From assembly GCA_963828125.1 (NCBI GenBank), contig CAWHDP010000001.1, positions 32,001 through 96,000 of the forward strand: a stretch of DNA of 64,000 nt. Reading direction: 5' to 3'. Both the position numbers and the translations under genes were made by a program. The stretch is from an uncultured Chlamydiae bacterium (GTDB lineage Bacteria; Chlamydiota; Chlamydiia; Chlamydiales; SM23-39). Below are positions 34,352 to 45,842 of this stretch, in pieces. Below the pieces are notes generated by a model. It saw only the letters and a list, made by a program, of their open reading frames with translations, was not told the origin of the DNA and ran no database searches. Within the stretch, counting starts at the first letter, position 1, and the number at the start of each line of letters is the position of its first letter.

Positions 34352-34901
34352 ATTCGCAAGTGCGGGTGTCGACCTTCACCTTTTCCCCCTCCTCGACGAA
34401 GATCGGAACCTGGATCTTAGCCCCCGTCTGGGTGGTCGCCGGTTTCAAAACCCTGCCCGATGCGGTATCGCCGCGGACGCCCGGAGGCGTTTCGGTGATG
34501 ATCATCTCCATGAAGGTGGGGGGGACGATCTCGATCGGCTCTCCTTTATAGAAGACGACATGGAAAACCGTCTCTTCCATCAGCCATTGCCGATTCGAAC
34601 CAATTAACTCGTCGTTGATTGTGATCTGATCGAACGTCTTTTCGTCCATGAAGACCGCTCCGTCCGACTCTTTGTAAAGGAAGCGCATTTCGGCCTCTTC
34701 CACATCGGCTAAATCGATCTTTTCTCCTGACTTATATGTCTTCTCAATCACGCGGGCCGACTTCATATTTTTCATTTTAATCCGGTTGAAGGCTTGCCCT
34801 TTCCCAGGTTTAACAAATTCATTGGCAATGATCATGTAGGGCTCTTTATCGACCTCTACCTTCATGCCGATCTTGATCTCATTCGTGCTGACTGAAGACA
34901 T
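34329..34901 (-). CDS. efp: Elongation factor P
   Basis: VKPGKGQAF, PGVRGDTASG, VPIFVEEGE..KVDTR. Confidence 0.97.
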   Translation of the reverse strand: MSSVSTNEIKIGMKVEVDKEPYMIIANEFVKPGKGQAFNRIKMKNMKSARVIEKTYKSGEKIDLADVEEAEMRFLYKESDGAVFMDEKTFDQITINDELIGSNRQWLMEETVFHVVFYKGEPIEIVPPTFMEMIITETPPGVRGDTASGRVLKPATTQTGAKIQVPIFVEEGEKVKVDTRTCEYVSRVSP

Positions 34902-34930
34902 ATTCCCTGACCGCTTAAAATAAAGGCTCC

Positions 34931-34987
34931 AGTATACCAGCTCCAATTTTAAATGCAATAGACTAAATATCCGCTCCCTATTAAAAT
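34931..34987. promoter_or_regulatory. Back-to-back sigma66/70-type promoters for efp (-) and amn (+)
   Basis: Minus strand TTGCAT-16-TATACT (34958-34931); plus strand TAGACT-17-TAAAAT (34959-34987). Confidence 0.55.
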
Positions 34988-34996
34988 GGACTCTGT

Positions 34997-35821
34997 ATGG
35001 AGAAAAATCCTCAAGAAGCGGAAATCGCCCGCCAGACCCTCGAGCGTTACTCTGGTTGCGAGGCGAGCCAGTTCTGTTCGAATTTAATTTTAACGAATTT
35101 CCCCCGTTACGTAGAATATTTTTCTAAAACGCGCAAGATTCCCATCCACGAAGGGTCGATGTTTAAGGTGGCCCACAGCCCTGAGGACGATGTGAGCATC
35201 CTCGACTTTAAAATCGGCTCGCCAGCGGCAGCCCTTGTGGTCGACGTCTGTTCTTTTCTCCCCATCAGGGCGAGCATCCTCTTGGGGATGTGCGGCGGGC
35301 TCCGCCGCCGCTACCAAGTGGGCGACTATCTCGTTCCGGTCGCATCGATTCGCGGGGAGGGGACTTCCGATTTTTACTTTCCGATCGAAGTGCCTGCCCT
35401 AGCGAATTTTCTGATGCAGAGGGCTGTGACTGAAGTGCTCGATCAGGACAAGGCGCTCTATCATATTGGCATTACCTTCACGACAAATATGCGTTTTTGG
35501 GAATTCAATGAAGAATTCAAAACTCGGCTGAAAAATACCAAAGCGCAGGGGATCGAGATGGAGTGTGCGACCCTATTTGCCGCAAGCTACAAGAGGAAAT
35601 TCACTCTCGGGGCCCTCCTTCTGGTCTCCGATTTGCCGCTCAATCAAGACGGGATCAAGACTAAGCAGAGTTCTCAGTGGGTGTACGACACCTACACAGC
35701 GGATCACGTTGAAAAAGGGATCAAAATCCTCAAGCATGCCCGCGTCATGCAGTCGAAGAAAATCAAAGGGGCCTACCATCGCAACTTAAATGGCGGCGAG
35801 GTTCCATCTGCAACCAGTTAA
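34997..35821 (+). CDS. amn: AMP nucleosidase (short chlamydial/Bacteroidetes type)
   Basis: LERYSG, ILTNF, IGSPAAAL, LGMCGGL, IRGEGTS, IEMECATLF, LLVSDLP. Confidence 0.93.
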   Translation: MEKNPQEAEIARQTLERYSGCEASQFCSNLILTNFPRYVEYFSKTRKIPIHEGSMFKVAHSPEDDVSILDFKIGSPAAALVVDVCSFLPIRASILLGMCGGLRRRYQVGDYLVPVASIRGEGTSDFYFPIEVPALANFLMQRAVTEVLDQDKALYHIGITFTTNMRFWEFNEEFKTRLKNTKAQGIEMECATLFAASYKRKFTLGALLLVSDLPLNQDGIKTKQSSQWVYDTYTADHVEKGIKILKHARVMQSKKIKGAYHRNLNGGEVPSATS

Positions 35822-35822
35822 T

Positions 35823-36395
35823 ATGTCGCGATCTCTCCCTCAGATCGATTTTCAAAGCGAAGAAGAGAGGCGCGATATTTTAGAACGGGGGCTTGAGCTG
35901 ATGCGGCAGGGAAAGATTCCTGAAAACGCAATCCAGCGAGGGGTGCGGTACCGGAAGAAGATCCTGTCAGGTTTTTGCCCCAAGGTCTCTATCCGTTTTA
36001 TCAATGAACGGGTTGGGCAGGGAGTTTTTGCCGAAGAGGTGTTGAAGGCGAGATCTTACGTCGGCGAATACACTGGAGTTGTCCGCGAGAATGTCCGGAT
36101 CTATTTCGTCCCCCTAAACAATTATTGTTATGAATATCCCGTTCCCGATGAGATGGGGAGAAGTTTTGTGATCGATGCGACTGAGGGCAATTTCACCCGC
36201 TATATCAATCACAGCTACCGGCCGAATTTAAAGCCGCTCTATGCGTTTTTAGACGGTTTTTACCATCTGATCTTTATAGCGCTCCGGCAGATTGAAATAG
36301 GGGAACAGCTTTGTTATGACTATGGCCGGAATTATTGGATCATCCGTCCAGGCCCCGAGGAGTTGGATCTCTCTCCTTGTGAAGTGTATCGCTAA
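35823..36395 (+). CDS. SET-domain protein-lysine methyltransferase
   Basis: GQGVFA, YVGEYTG, IDA..GNFTRYINHSYRPN, GEQLCYDYG..YW. Confidence 0.9.
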   Translation: MSRSLPQIDFQSEEERRDILERGLELMRQGKIPENAIQRGVRYRKKILSGFCPKVSIRFINERVGQGVFAEEVLKARSYVGEYTGVVRENVRIYFVPLNNYCYEYPVPDEMGRSFVIDATEGNFTRYINHSYRPNLKPLYAFLDGFYHLIFIALRQIEIGEQLCYDYGRNYWIIRPGPEELDLSPCEVYR

Positions 36396-39300
36396 AGGGT
36401 CGTACAAGAAAAGTGTTTCATGAGTTCCCGAATCACATGTTCTTCGAGTTCTTTGGGAGTCTGCGCTTTTTTCGGCAGTAAGATCGTCTGTTTATGGATC
36501 TGTTTGCCCATCTGCTGTTCGGCGTAGAAAGAGAGATTCCCGAATTTGATCAGAGAGAAGTGGTTGATGGCGCCGAAGGCTCTGATGCGGGTCAGGTGGT
36601 AGAGCCAGATGACGGGGGGCGGGGGAGGGCCGAACCGGTCGGCGATTTCGGCGAGAAGTTCATCGATTTCGGCCAATGTTGTGGCTTCTCCGAGCCGGTA
36701 GTAGATCTCCATCCGGAGCGATACTTCATTGATGTAGTCTTCGGGAAGTTTGGCGTCGAAGGGGAATTCCATTTTCGTTTCGTTAAAGGAGACGGGCTGT
36801 TTTTTCTTGAGGGCGTCGATGGCCCTTTTGAGCATTTTGCAGTATAGATGAAAGCCGATGGCGGAGACTTGACCTGATTGTTGGATGCCGAGGATGTCGC
36901 CGGCGCCCCGGATCTCGAGGTCTCGCATGGCGATTTTCATCCCGCCGCCATAGCCGCCTGCTTCGACGAGGGCGTTGAGCCTTTTTTGCGCAGGTTCGGG
37001 AAGGCGGGTATTTTTGGGAACGAGAAAATAGGCGTAGGCGGTTCGATTCCAGCGGCCGACTCTGCCGCGGAGTTGATAGAGGTCGGCGAGGCCGTAGGTG
37101 TCGGCGCGGTCGATGAGGATGGTGTTGGCGTTTGAGATGTCGATCCCATTTTCGACGATGGTGGTTGCGAAGAGGAGGTTGAGTTCTCCCATTTTGAAGC
37201 GGTGGAAGATCTCGTCGACGGCGTCCGGATCCATCTGGCCATGGACGATGCCGATTTTGGCGTTGGGAACGAGTTTTTGAATGTGGTCTGCGCGGGTGTA
37301 GATCGATTCGACCCGGTTGTGGATGTAAAAGGCTTGGCCGCCGCGGGCCAGTTCTCTGAGAAGGGCGTTTTGGATCAGTTCTGGGTCGGTTTCAGCGATG
37401 ATCGTCTTGACGGGAAGCCGGTCTTGGGGCGGGGTGTTGATGACCGACATGTCGCGGGCGTGGACGAGCGACATGTAAAGGGTGCGGGGAATTGGGGTGG
37501 CAGACAAGGTGAGGCAATCGGCGTTGGCTTTGAATTTTTTCAAGTGTTCTTTGGCTTTGACGCCGAACCGTTGCTCTTCATCGATGATGATGAGGCCGAG
37601 GTCTTTAAAATGGACGTCTCCGGATAAAAGTCGATGGGTCCCAATCAAAATATCAATCTGGCCTGTCCGTCCCTTTTCTAGGGTCTCTCTGACCTCTTTG
37701 GCCGAATGGAATCGAGAGACGACGCCGATATGAACGGAAAAACCGCTCATCCTCTGGCAAAAATTCTCAAAGTGTTGGATGGCAAGCACAGTGGTTGGAA
37801 CCAAAACCGCCACTTGCCTTTTTCCGTCGGCAACGGCTTTAAATGCGGCTCGCATGGCGACTTCGGTTTTCCCATAGCCGACATCGCCGCAGATGAGCCG
37901 ATCCATCGGTTTATCGGAGAGCATATCTTCTTTCAGCGCCTGGATAGCGAGCTGTTGATCTTGCGTCTCAGAATAAGGGAAATCCCGCTCGAACTGGAGC
38001 ATCCTCTCGCTATCGGGGGGATAGCGGAAGCCTCCTTGCACCGCTCTCTCTGCATAAAGCTGCAAAAGCTCGTTCGCATAGCCGACGATTTGCGCCTGGG
38101 CGTTTGCCCTCGTCGCCTGCCACCTCTTGCCGCCGAGCTGGCTTAAACTGGGGGCTCTTCTTTCGAGCCGATATAGCGGGAGACGAGATAGGCTTGCGAA
38201 AGGGGGACGAAGAGCTTGCTGCTATCTGCGTACTGAAGGGTTAAAAATTCGGTCTCTTGGCCGAGGTGGTTGCGTGTTCTTCTCCATGCCGAGATAGCGG
38301 CCGATCCCGCTGTGATAGTGGACGACCAGATCGCCAGGGGTCAGTTCATGGAATTCGGCGGCGGGCGTATGGGTAGGTGCTGCGCCATTTTTGCCGCCGG
38401 ATGCGGGATCTGTGGGAGAGTTCGACATTGGGGACGACGACGAGGTTGTCCAGGCAGTAGCCTGAGGTGAGAAACCCTTTTTCCCAGCGGGTATTTTTAG
38501 GAAGGGTGATCGAGGAGAGCTGTTTTTTGACCTCCGCCTCTTCAGTGTCGGTCGCATTTAAAAAGAGGAACTGCAAACTCGGATCAGGCGACTCTTCAGG
38601 ATGGAAGAGATGCTCCACTTTGTGAAAGCGGTGCTTGAATTGCCTGGCTTGGAACGGGTGGCCGAACATTTCGAATTTTTCTTCCAGATGAAACTCGGTG
38701 CAGAAAATATGTTGCTGTTTATCCCACCGCTTCAATAGATCCTCGAAGGAAAAAAGGAAGGCGGATTTCGCTGCTGGCATCGATTGAATGCCGACGTAGG
38801 CGTCTTCAATGGCCAACAGATCGTCCCAAAAAAGAATCGGATCGTCGAGATAATCGGCGATATTGACTAATCGGGGGGATTTTTGGAGTAACGGGAGCTC
38901 TTTCGCGGGGCACAAAAACACTTCGTCTGCTTTGGCGATCGACTTTTGCCCGACCGGATCAAAGGTGCGGATCTCTTCGATTTCATCGCCGAAAAACTCG
39001 ATGCGGAACGGATCGCTCGATGCGACGGGGAAAAGATCGAGAATTCCGCCTCGCACTGCAAATTCCCCTTTGTCAGAGACAACCGGAGAGCGGCTGTAGC
39101 CGAGAGAGACGAGAAATTCGGGGAGCGTGCTAAAGTCGACCCTCGACCCTTTTTTCCAACGGCGCAAGAGGGGGGCGAGCCTCTCTTTCGGGAGCACCTT
39201 TTGGAGCAGCGAGGCTAAAGGACAGAGGACAATGGAGGGTTCTTTTTTTCGGATCAGGGCGTCGAGGGCCTCGAACCTTTTCCCAATAATATCGGGACTC

Positions 39301-39509
39301 GGCTGGATCTCCTCGCCCGGCAGCGTCTCCCAGGCGGGAAACTCGACGGCGGCGCCTGGACAAAAATAGGATAAATTATCGAAAAGCCGATCCTCGCGCG
39401 TTCCCCCCGTGACGAGCAGCACGGAGCGCCGCTTGACGGCCTCGCTCGCGAGAAGGGCTTTGGGAGACTCCCAAAGCCCCTCTACTAAAATCGATTCAGA
39501 GGGGAGCAT
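36392..39509 (-). pseudogene. mfd: Transcription-repair coupling factor with three frameshifts (possible assembly error)
   Basis: FPAWETLP, GEFAVRGGILD, PGDLVVH, GDVGYGKTEVA, DEEQRFGV, QLRGRVGR; indels near 38372 (+1), 38277 (+1), 38151 (-1). Confidence 0.9.
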
Positions 39510-42099
39510 CTTTGAGCATGTGCCGTATTTTAGCGAATGCTTTGGCAATCCCTTGCGGGTCTTTACCTCCTGCTTGCGCTAGATTTTGTTTCCCTCCGCC
39601 GCCGCCCTGAATGAAGGGGGCTGTCTCCTTGATCAAATGGGCTGCGCTGACCCCTTTTTCGATCCAATCGGGACTGACCGCAATCAATAGCTGGCACCGC
39701 TCGCCCATGGTCGCGCCGAGCGCAACGACTCCCGATTTCATCTGTTGGATCAGATCGTTTGCAAACTCGCTCATCTCCTCGGCGCTTAAAGAGAGCTCTT
39801 CCGCGATGAGCGAAATCGCCCCCGCTTTCTCTTTATGCGAGAGACACTTTTCCACCCATTGCTTGAGTAAGCCCTTCCGCAATCCCTTCAATTCTCCCGC
39901 TAAGAGTTTATTCTCATCCAACAGCGCTCGGAGCTTTTCAGGCAGCATCTGCACAGGGGACTTCAATTGGAGAGCTAAGCTTTGCAAGAGATCCTCCTCC
40001 TGTTGCACCCACATCTCTCCGTAGCGTCCCGTCACCGCCTCGATTCTCCTCACCCCGGCTGCGATGCTGCTCTCTTTGACAACTTTGAAGAGTCCGATCG
40101 TCCCGACCCGTTTTGCATGGGTCCCGCCGCAAAGCTCTTTCGAGAAATCGATATCGACCACCCTGACTTTTTCTCCGTATTTCTCGCCGAAAAATTGCTT
40201 AATATCGGTCCGTTTTTGCGCCTCGTCGTATTTCAATTCATAGGATTCGACCGCCCGATCGGTCCGGATTTTTTCATTGACCAGGTTCTCGATTTCCCGG
40301 ATCTCTTCCCCTCCTACCGATTTGTGGTGGCTGAAATCGAACCGGAGCCTCTTCTCATCCACCAATGAACCCGCCTGCTTGATATGCCCGCCCAACACTT
40401 TCTGCAGCGCCCAGTGGAGAAGGTGGGTTGCCGTGTGGTTGTTTTCGATCTCGTGGCGTCTTGTCCCGTCAACCGTCGCCCGAACTTTCTCATTTTTGCG
40501 CATCGTCCCAGCGCCCATTTTCCCTAAGTGGGCGATCACCCCTGGAAACGGCGCTGTGCAATCGTAGACTTGGAATTTCCCAATCGCCCCCGTATCGCCC
40601 ACCTGGCCGCCCATTTCGGCGTAGAACGGAGTCCGGTCCAAAATGATCAGCCCCTCCTGGCCTTCATGAATCTCATCGGTGAAGCGCCCATCGACCACGA
40701 TTCCCATCACATGCGCCTCGAGCGCAAGCGTTGCATATCCTTCGAATTGGCAGGGTTTATGCGTCCTCGTGAAATCATTGAAGAAATTCTGGTCGAATGT
40801 TTGCGCAGCGCTTTTGTGGGCCTTCCTTGATTTCTCTTTTGCCTCTTCTTCGAGCTGCTCGAATTTCCTCAGATCGATCTCCAAATGCTCGTCCTTTGCG
40901 ATCAAGAGGATCTCCTCGAGCGGAAACCCGTATGTATCCTTCAGCTTGAACGTATCTTCGCCAGAGATCTTTCGCCCCTCTTTGGAGCGCTCGATCACTT
41001 GACCGAGCAGCTGGCCCCCTCGCGTCAGCGTCCGGATGAACGCCTCCTCCTCAAGCGTCAAGACCTCCCCAATCCGCCCTTCGGCCGCTCGGAGTTCAGG
41101 GAAATCCTCGCCCATCAGCGATACGAGCCGCGGCAAAATGCCCGCCAAGAACGGCTTTTGCAACCCCAGCATTCGCCCATACCTCACCGCCCGTCTCAGA
41201 ATCTTTCGGAGGACATAGCCTCGGTCTGTATGGCTCGGCTGCACCCCGTCGGCGATCGCGAACGACAAACTCCGGATGTGATCGGCAATCACGTGGAAAG
41301 GGGCCTCCCCCTCGTATTTTTGGCCTGAAATCTGCTCGACTGCCGCAATCAGATCCCGGAGAATGTCGGTCTGGAACACATTGTCCACCCCCAGCTTGAT
41401 CGAGACGACCCGCTCGAGCCCCGCCCCGGTATCGATCGACTGTTTGGGCAGCGGGGTCGTCTGGCCCGACGCATCCCGTGAAAACTGCATGAAGACCAAA
41501 TTCCAGAATTCAAGATACCTCTCTCCGGAGAGATCTTCCTTCGGACTCTTCGCCGGGCCGTACCCGTCGCCCCGGTCGTAGAGGAGCTCCGAACAAGGGC
41601 CGCAAGGTCCCGTATCGCCCATCGCCCAAAAATTCTCCTTTTCGCCGAACCGGACGATCCGCTTGGAAGGGAGATGCTTTTCCCAAAGGGCGAACGCCTC
41701 ATCGTCGTCTTTATAGACGGACACCCACACCTTTTCAGGATCGAAACCGAAGACGTTGCGGGTCACGTCCCACGCAAAGCCGATCGCCTCTTTTTTGAAA
41801 TAGTCGCCGAACGAGAAATTGCCCAGCATTTCGAAGAAGGTGAGATGCCGCGAAGTGTGCCCCACATTATCGAGATCGTTGTGTTTGCCCCCGACCCGGA
41901 TGCATTTTTGCGTCGTCGCCGCCCTTGTATAATCTCTTTTTGAATGGCCTAAAAACACATCCTTGAATTGGTTCATTCCCGCATTGATGAAGAGCAACGT
42001 CGGATCGTCATGAGGGATAACAGGGGAGGAAGGGACGACGGTATGCCCCTGGGTCTTAAAATAGTGCAAAAAAGCGCGCCGGATTCTTTGTGAAAGCAT
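39496..42099 (-). CDS. alaS: Alanine-tRNA ligase
   Basis: [53 protein letters not shown]. Confidence 0.98.
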   Translation of the reverse strand: MLSQRIRRAFLHYFKTQGHTVVPSSPVIPHDDPTLLFINAGMNQFKDVFLGHSKRDYTRAATTQKCIRVGGKHNDLDNVGHTSRHLTFFEMLGNFSFGDYFKKEAIGFAWDVTRNVFGFDPEKVWVSVYKDDDEAFALWEKHLPSKRIVRFGEKENFWAMGDTGPCGPCSELLYDRGDGYGPAKSPKEDLSGERYLEFWNLVFMQFSRDASGQTTPLPKQSIDTGAGLERVVSIKLGVDNVFQTDILRDLIAAVEQISGQKYEGEAPFHVIADHIRSLSFAIADGVQPSHTDRGYVLRKILRRAVRYGRMLGLQKPFLAGILPRLVSLMGEDFPELRAAEGRIGEVLTLEEEAFIRTLTRGGQLLGQVIERSKEGRKISGEDTFKLKDTYGFPLEEILLIAKDEHLEIDLRKFEQLEEEAKEKSRKAHKSAAQTFDQNFFNDFTRTHKPCQFEGYATLALEAHVMGIVVDGRFTDEIHEGQEGLIILDRTPFYAEMGGQVGDTGAIGKFQVYDCTAPFPGVIAHLGKMGAGTMRKNEKVRATVDGTRRHEIENNHTATHLLHWALQKVLGGHIKQAGSLVDEKRLRFDFSHHKSVGGEEIREIENLVNEKIRTDRAVESYELKYDEAQKRTDIKQFFGEKYGEKVRVVDIDFSKELCGGTHAKRVGTIGLFKVVKESSIAAGVRRIEAVTGRYGEMWVQQEEDLLQSLALQLKSPVQMLPEKLRALLDENKLLAGELKGLRKGLLKQWVEKCLSHKEKAGAISLIAEELSLSAEEMSEFANDLIQQMKSGVVALGATMGERCQLLIAVSPDWIEKGVSAAHLIKETAPFIQGGGGGKQNLAQAGGKDPQGIAKAFAKIRHMLKDAPL

Positions 42100-42163
42100 A
42101 CAGTCCTCAAAAAGTTGAACTAAGTTTAGAGGGAAGAGGACGAAAAGTCAATGGAGGGAATTT

Positions 42164-42205
42164 CTAGCCCGCATTTCTCACACAGACGCGAGAAATGCGG
42201 GCTAG
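42164..42205. repeat. Family B (CTAG-ended) MITE, internally deleted copy
   Basis: ctagcccgcatttctcacacagacgcgagaaatgcgggctag equals both ends of the 62047-62218 element joined at a gagaaa microhomology. Confidence 0.88.
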
Positions 42206-42249
42206 ATTGATATCGTTCGATCTGTCAAAATGGATAAAAAAGGACGCTT

Positions 42250-44253
42250 ATGGACGAAGATTTGAAAAAGCAGCTTGGCAAAATAGCGAATACAATCCGG
42301 CAACTCTCGATTGAGGCCGTGCAAAAAGCGAACTCGGGCCATCCTGGGATGCCGATGGGGTGCGCCGAGATCGGCGCCTATCTTTACGGAGTCCTCCTCA
42401 AACACAATCCGAAAAATTCGAAATGGCCAAATAGAGATCGGCTCGTCCTCTCTGCCGGGCATGGCTCGATGTGGCTCTATTCGTGCCTTCATCTGGCCGG
42501 CTTTAAGCTCTCTTTAGACGAGATCAAGCGGTTCCGCCAGCTTCACTCTCATACTCCGGGCCACCCCGAATATGGCCTGACTGACGGGGTTGAGGCGACC
42601 ACCGGCCCCCTCGGACAGGGGATCGGGAACGGAGTCGGCATGGCGCTCGGGCTCAAGCTTCTCGCCGCGAAATTTAACCGTGAAGATTACCCCCTCTTCA
42701 ACAGCAAGGTCTATTGCCTCGCCGGCGACGGGTGCATGATGGAGGGGATCTCCTCCGAGGCCTCCTCATTGGCCGGCCACCTCAAAATCGACAACCTTGT
42801 CCTCATCTACGACGCCAACAATATCTGTCTGGACGGCCCTCTCTCGGAATGCATGTCTGAAGACACCAAAACCCGCTACAAGGCATATGGTTGGGACGTC
42901 TTCGAGTGCGACGGATACGATTTCGATCAAATGCAAGCCATTTTTAGCCAGATCCGGCAGAGCCAAGAGAGGCCTGTCCTCATTGTATTGCGCACGATCA
43001 TCGGCAAAGGCTCGCCCCACAAAGCGGGGACTCACAAGGTTCATGGCTCTCCGCTTGGAGCCGAAGAGCTCGCAGAGACGAAAGAGCTGCTCGGACTTCC
43101 CAAAGAGGAATTTTACATTCCGCAATCGGTCCGCGCCTTTTTTGAACACAAGGTTGTGAAAGACGCCGCTCAAGAAGCTGAGTGGAAAGAGATGTTTCGG
43201 AGGTGGGGAAACGCCTACCCTGACCTCGCTGCCGAGTATGACAAGATGCAGAAATCCTATCTGCCAGCCGATTTGGAAGAGATGCTGAAAAAGATCGAAA
43301 TGAAATCGCCCATGGCGACTAGAGCCTCCTCCGGCGCCTGTATCCAGGTTCTTGCGAAAGCCCTCCCGCAGCTCTACGGCGGTTCGGCCGATCTCTCTGG
43401 CTCTGACGACACAATGATGAAAGGGTACCCCATCGTCACGCCAGGCAATTTTCATGGCCGCAATATGAAATACGGCGTCCGGGAATTTGCCATGGCGGCC
43501 GTTTCGAGCGGCCTTTCCTTAACCGGCATGATACAGCCGTTTTGCGGCACCTTCCTCACGTTCAGCGATTACATGCGCAATGCCATTCGGCTGGCTGCCC
43601 TCTCTCCCTACCATGTGATCTATCAATTTACCCACGACTCGATCTTTCTCGGCGAAGACGGCCCTACCCACCAGCCGATCGAACACCTCGCCGCTCTCCG
43701 CGCGATGCCCCATCTGCACGTGATCCGCCCCGGCGACTCGCATGAAGTGCGGATGGCCTGGATCGCCGCCCTCCGCTACAAAGGGCCAACCGCCCTGATC
43801 CTCTCGCGGCAAGGGCTGCCTGATCTTGAGCAGACCAATGTCCCCTATGATCAAGGAGTCGGCAGAGGAGCGTACATCATCAAAAAAGAGAAAGGGCGCC
43901 CCGATTTTACCCTCTTTTCGACCGGCTCTGAGCTCTTCCTCTCTATGGAGGCCGCCTCCAGTTTAGAAAAATTAGGCAAACATGTCCGCGTTGTTTCGAT
44001 GCCTTGCTGGGCGATTTTCGAAAAGCAGCCCGAGGAGTATAAAAAAACGGTTATGGAGGGGGATCTTGGCGTCCGCGTGGCCATCGAAGCGGGAACCGAT
44101 TTTGGCTGGCACAAATATATTGGCCGCCACGGTATTGCGATCTGCATGGAAGGGTTTGGCCACTCAGCTCCAGCCGCCGATCTTGCAGGAGAGTTTGGTT
44201 TTACCGCAGACGCCATCGTAGAACGGCTCCTGAATGCTCCTCGCGGCTCTTAA
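42250..44253 (+). CDS. tkt: Transketolase
   Basis: SGHPGMPMG, RDRLVLSAGHGS, TPGHPE, GDGCMMEG, THDSIFLGEDGPTHQP. Confidence 0.98.
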   Translation: MDEDLKKQLGKIANTIRQLSIEAVQKANSGHPGMPMGCAEIGAYLYGVLLKHNPKNSKWPNRDRLVLSAGHGSMWLYSCLHLAGFKLSLDEIKRFRQLHSHTPGHPEYGLTDGVEATTGPLGQGIGNGVGMALGLKLLAAKFNREDYPLFNSKVYCLAGDGCMMEGISSEASSLAGHLKIDNLVLIYDANNICLDGPLSECMSEDTKTRYKAYGWDVFECDGYDFDQMQAIFSQIRQSQERPVLIVLRTIIGKGSPHKAGTHKVHGSPLGAEELAETKELLGLPKEEFYIPQSVRAFFEHKVVKDAAQEAEWKEMFRRWGNAYPDLAAEYDKMQKSYLPADLEEMLKKIEMKSPMATRASSGACIQVLAKALPQLYGGSADLSGSDDTMMKGYPIVTPGNFHGRNMKYGVREFAMAAVSSGLSLTGMIQPFCGTFLTFSDYMRNAIRLAALSPYHVIYQFTHDSIFLGEDGPTHQPIEHLAALRAMPHLHVIRPGDSHEVRMAWIAALRYKGPTALILSRQGLPDLEQTNVPYDQGVGRGAYIIKKEKGRPDFTLFSTGSELFLSMEAASSLEKLGKHVRVVSMPCWAIFEKQPEEYKKTVMEGDLGVRVAIEAGTDFGWHKYIGRHGIAICMEGFGHSAPAADLAGEFGFTADAIVERLLNAPRGS

Positions 44254-45136
44254 AGGGGAAAACCGGGGAAGACCCCCCGTTTGGCTCATGCGCCAAGCGG
44301 GGAGGTATATGCCCTCCTATCGGAAGCTCAGACAAAAGCACTCCTTAAAGGAGCTTTTTTTTACCCCAGAGCTTGCCGCAGAGGTGACCCTCATGCCCGT
44401 CGAACAGCTAGGCGTTGACGCGGCCATCCTTTTTTCCGACATTTCGGTCGTCGCCTTGCCCCTCGGCTTCACCCTCGATTTTGCGGAAGGGCCCGCCATT
44501 CAAGGGAAGCTCCAAAGGCGCTCTATCGAGACGCTCGAGCCGATCGCCGAGGCGATCCGGCTCATCCGGCCTCAGCTGAAGGTCCCTCTCATCGGATTTT
44601 GCGGCGGCCCCTACACGGTCGCAAGCTACATCAATGGCGATGAGGCCCTCTTGGAGCCAATCACCGAAGTGACTATTGAGTATATCCGCATGCAGGAGCG
44701 CGCGGGCGTCGATGCGATCCAAATTTTCGATTCATGGGCAGGGCGGTTGACAAAAAGAGAATTTCGGAGCTTGTGCGTCCCTTATTTAAAAAGGCTCATC
44801 GATGCGACAAACGTCCCGGTGATTCTGTTTATGCGAGGAGCGAGTCAGCACATCGAAGAGCTTGTGAAGCTCGGGCCCGACGCCATCAGCTTCGATTGGG
44901 AAAAGTCCCTTTCAGAGCTCCGCAGGGAAGTTCCAATGGCGCTGCAGGGGAATCTAAACCCCGATTTGCTCTACGAACCTCTCCCTGTCATCCGGCAAAA
45001 GACAATTGAACTGATCGATTCGATGAAAGGGGATCCCGGATTTATCGTGAATCTAGGCCATGGCGTCAAGCCCGATGTCCCTATTGAGGCTGTTCAATGC
45101 CTCGTCGATACAGCGAGACTCTGTCGCTATCCTTGA
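44234..45136 (+). CDS. hemE: Uroporphyrinogen decarboxylase (compact)
   Basis: PVWLMRQAGRYMP, DAAILFSDI, QIFDSWAG, QGNLNP, NLGHGV. Confidence 0.95.
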   Translation: MLLAALKGENRGRPPVWLMRQAGRYMPSYRKLRQKHSLKELFFTPELAAEVTLMPVEQLGVDAAILFSDISVVALPLGFTLDFAEGPAIQGKLQRRSIETLEPIAEAIRLIRPQLKVPLIGFCGGPYTVASYINGDEALLEPITEVTIEYIRMQERAGVDAIQIFDSWAGRLTKREFRSLCVPYLKRLIDATNVPVILFMRGASQHIEELVKLGPDAISFDWEKSLSELRREVPMALQGNLNPDLLYEPLPVIRQKTIELIDSMKGDPGFIVNLGHGVKPDVPIEAVQCLVDTARLCRYP

Positions 45137-45594
45137 AGATCAGACTCCATATCGACCAAACGGAGCTTTTGTATCATGACCGCCAACGTCTTTACACATC
45201 TTGTTTGGTAAGCTTGTATTGCCGTTTTAATGCGATTTATTTGCTCTTTATCGATTTCCGGATCTAGAGGGGACAATTGCCGCTCCAGCCTACCTATTTT
45301 TATATTCATCTGCAGGATATCAAATCTATAAGAACAGATCAAAGATTGCCCGTTTGCGGGAATGGCTAGAGATAATCTGCGTACAGATTCAATGTTATCC
45401 CAGACTTCCTTGGATAGCCCAATCTGGCGACAGCAGTCATCATTGGTTTTTTTTATTTGATTTGAGGGGGCGATATGAGTGATGTTAATAAAAATTCCTT
45501 TGATTGTTTTTTTTCTTTACACTGTTAAATATTTTCACCATCTTTCGATCTTTAAAATGGGTTGTGTGACTATCTGTACATTCATAATGTTCAT
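45127..45594 (-). pseudogene. AT-rich degraded ORF inserted between hemE and hemN
   Basis: ATG at 45594 is in frame with ORF 45127-45342; 155 codons with two in-frame stops (codons 20 TGA and 26 TAA). Confidence 0.45.
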
Positions 45595-45664
45595 TAATTG
45601 TTTTAATATATTCAAGTATTGTATATTATTCGCGAATTATCTTAAAGTTATAAATGAAATTACT

Positions 45665-45712
45665 TATACTGCGGCCACCCCAAAAGTGTGAATTTGGGGT
45701 GGCCGCAGTATA
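45665..45712. repeat. Family A palindromic repeat (48 bp)
   Basis: tatactgcggccaccccaaaagtgtgaatttggggtggccgcagtata; 20-bp perfect arms. Confidence 0.93.
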
Positions 45713-45842
45713 TCATCTTTATAATGAACGGGTAAAGTCAGGTTATCTATTTCTCCCGACATTGTGCGGATAGTCTCATGGATATCCAGAAAATGTCTTC
45801 CCAAAAGAGAGACAAAAGTCTATCGTCCTTTTCTAGAAATCG

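Noticed and set aside
33452..34901. efp-epmA pair as a novelty
   Set aside because: Well-known EF-P beta-lysylation arrangement; epmB may lie outside the window
38346..38380. Programmed frameshifting in mfd
   Set aside because: Would need three successive shifts; no slippery heptamer is visible
45479..45691. 70-aa plus-strand ORF ending YTAATPKV
   Set aside because: AT-rich antisense frame; the shared ending merely reflects the family A repeat
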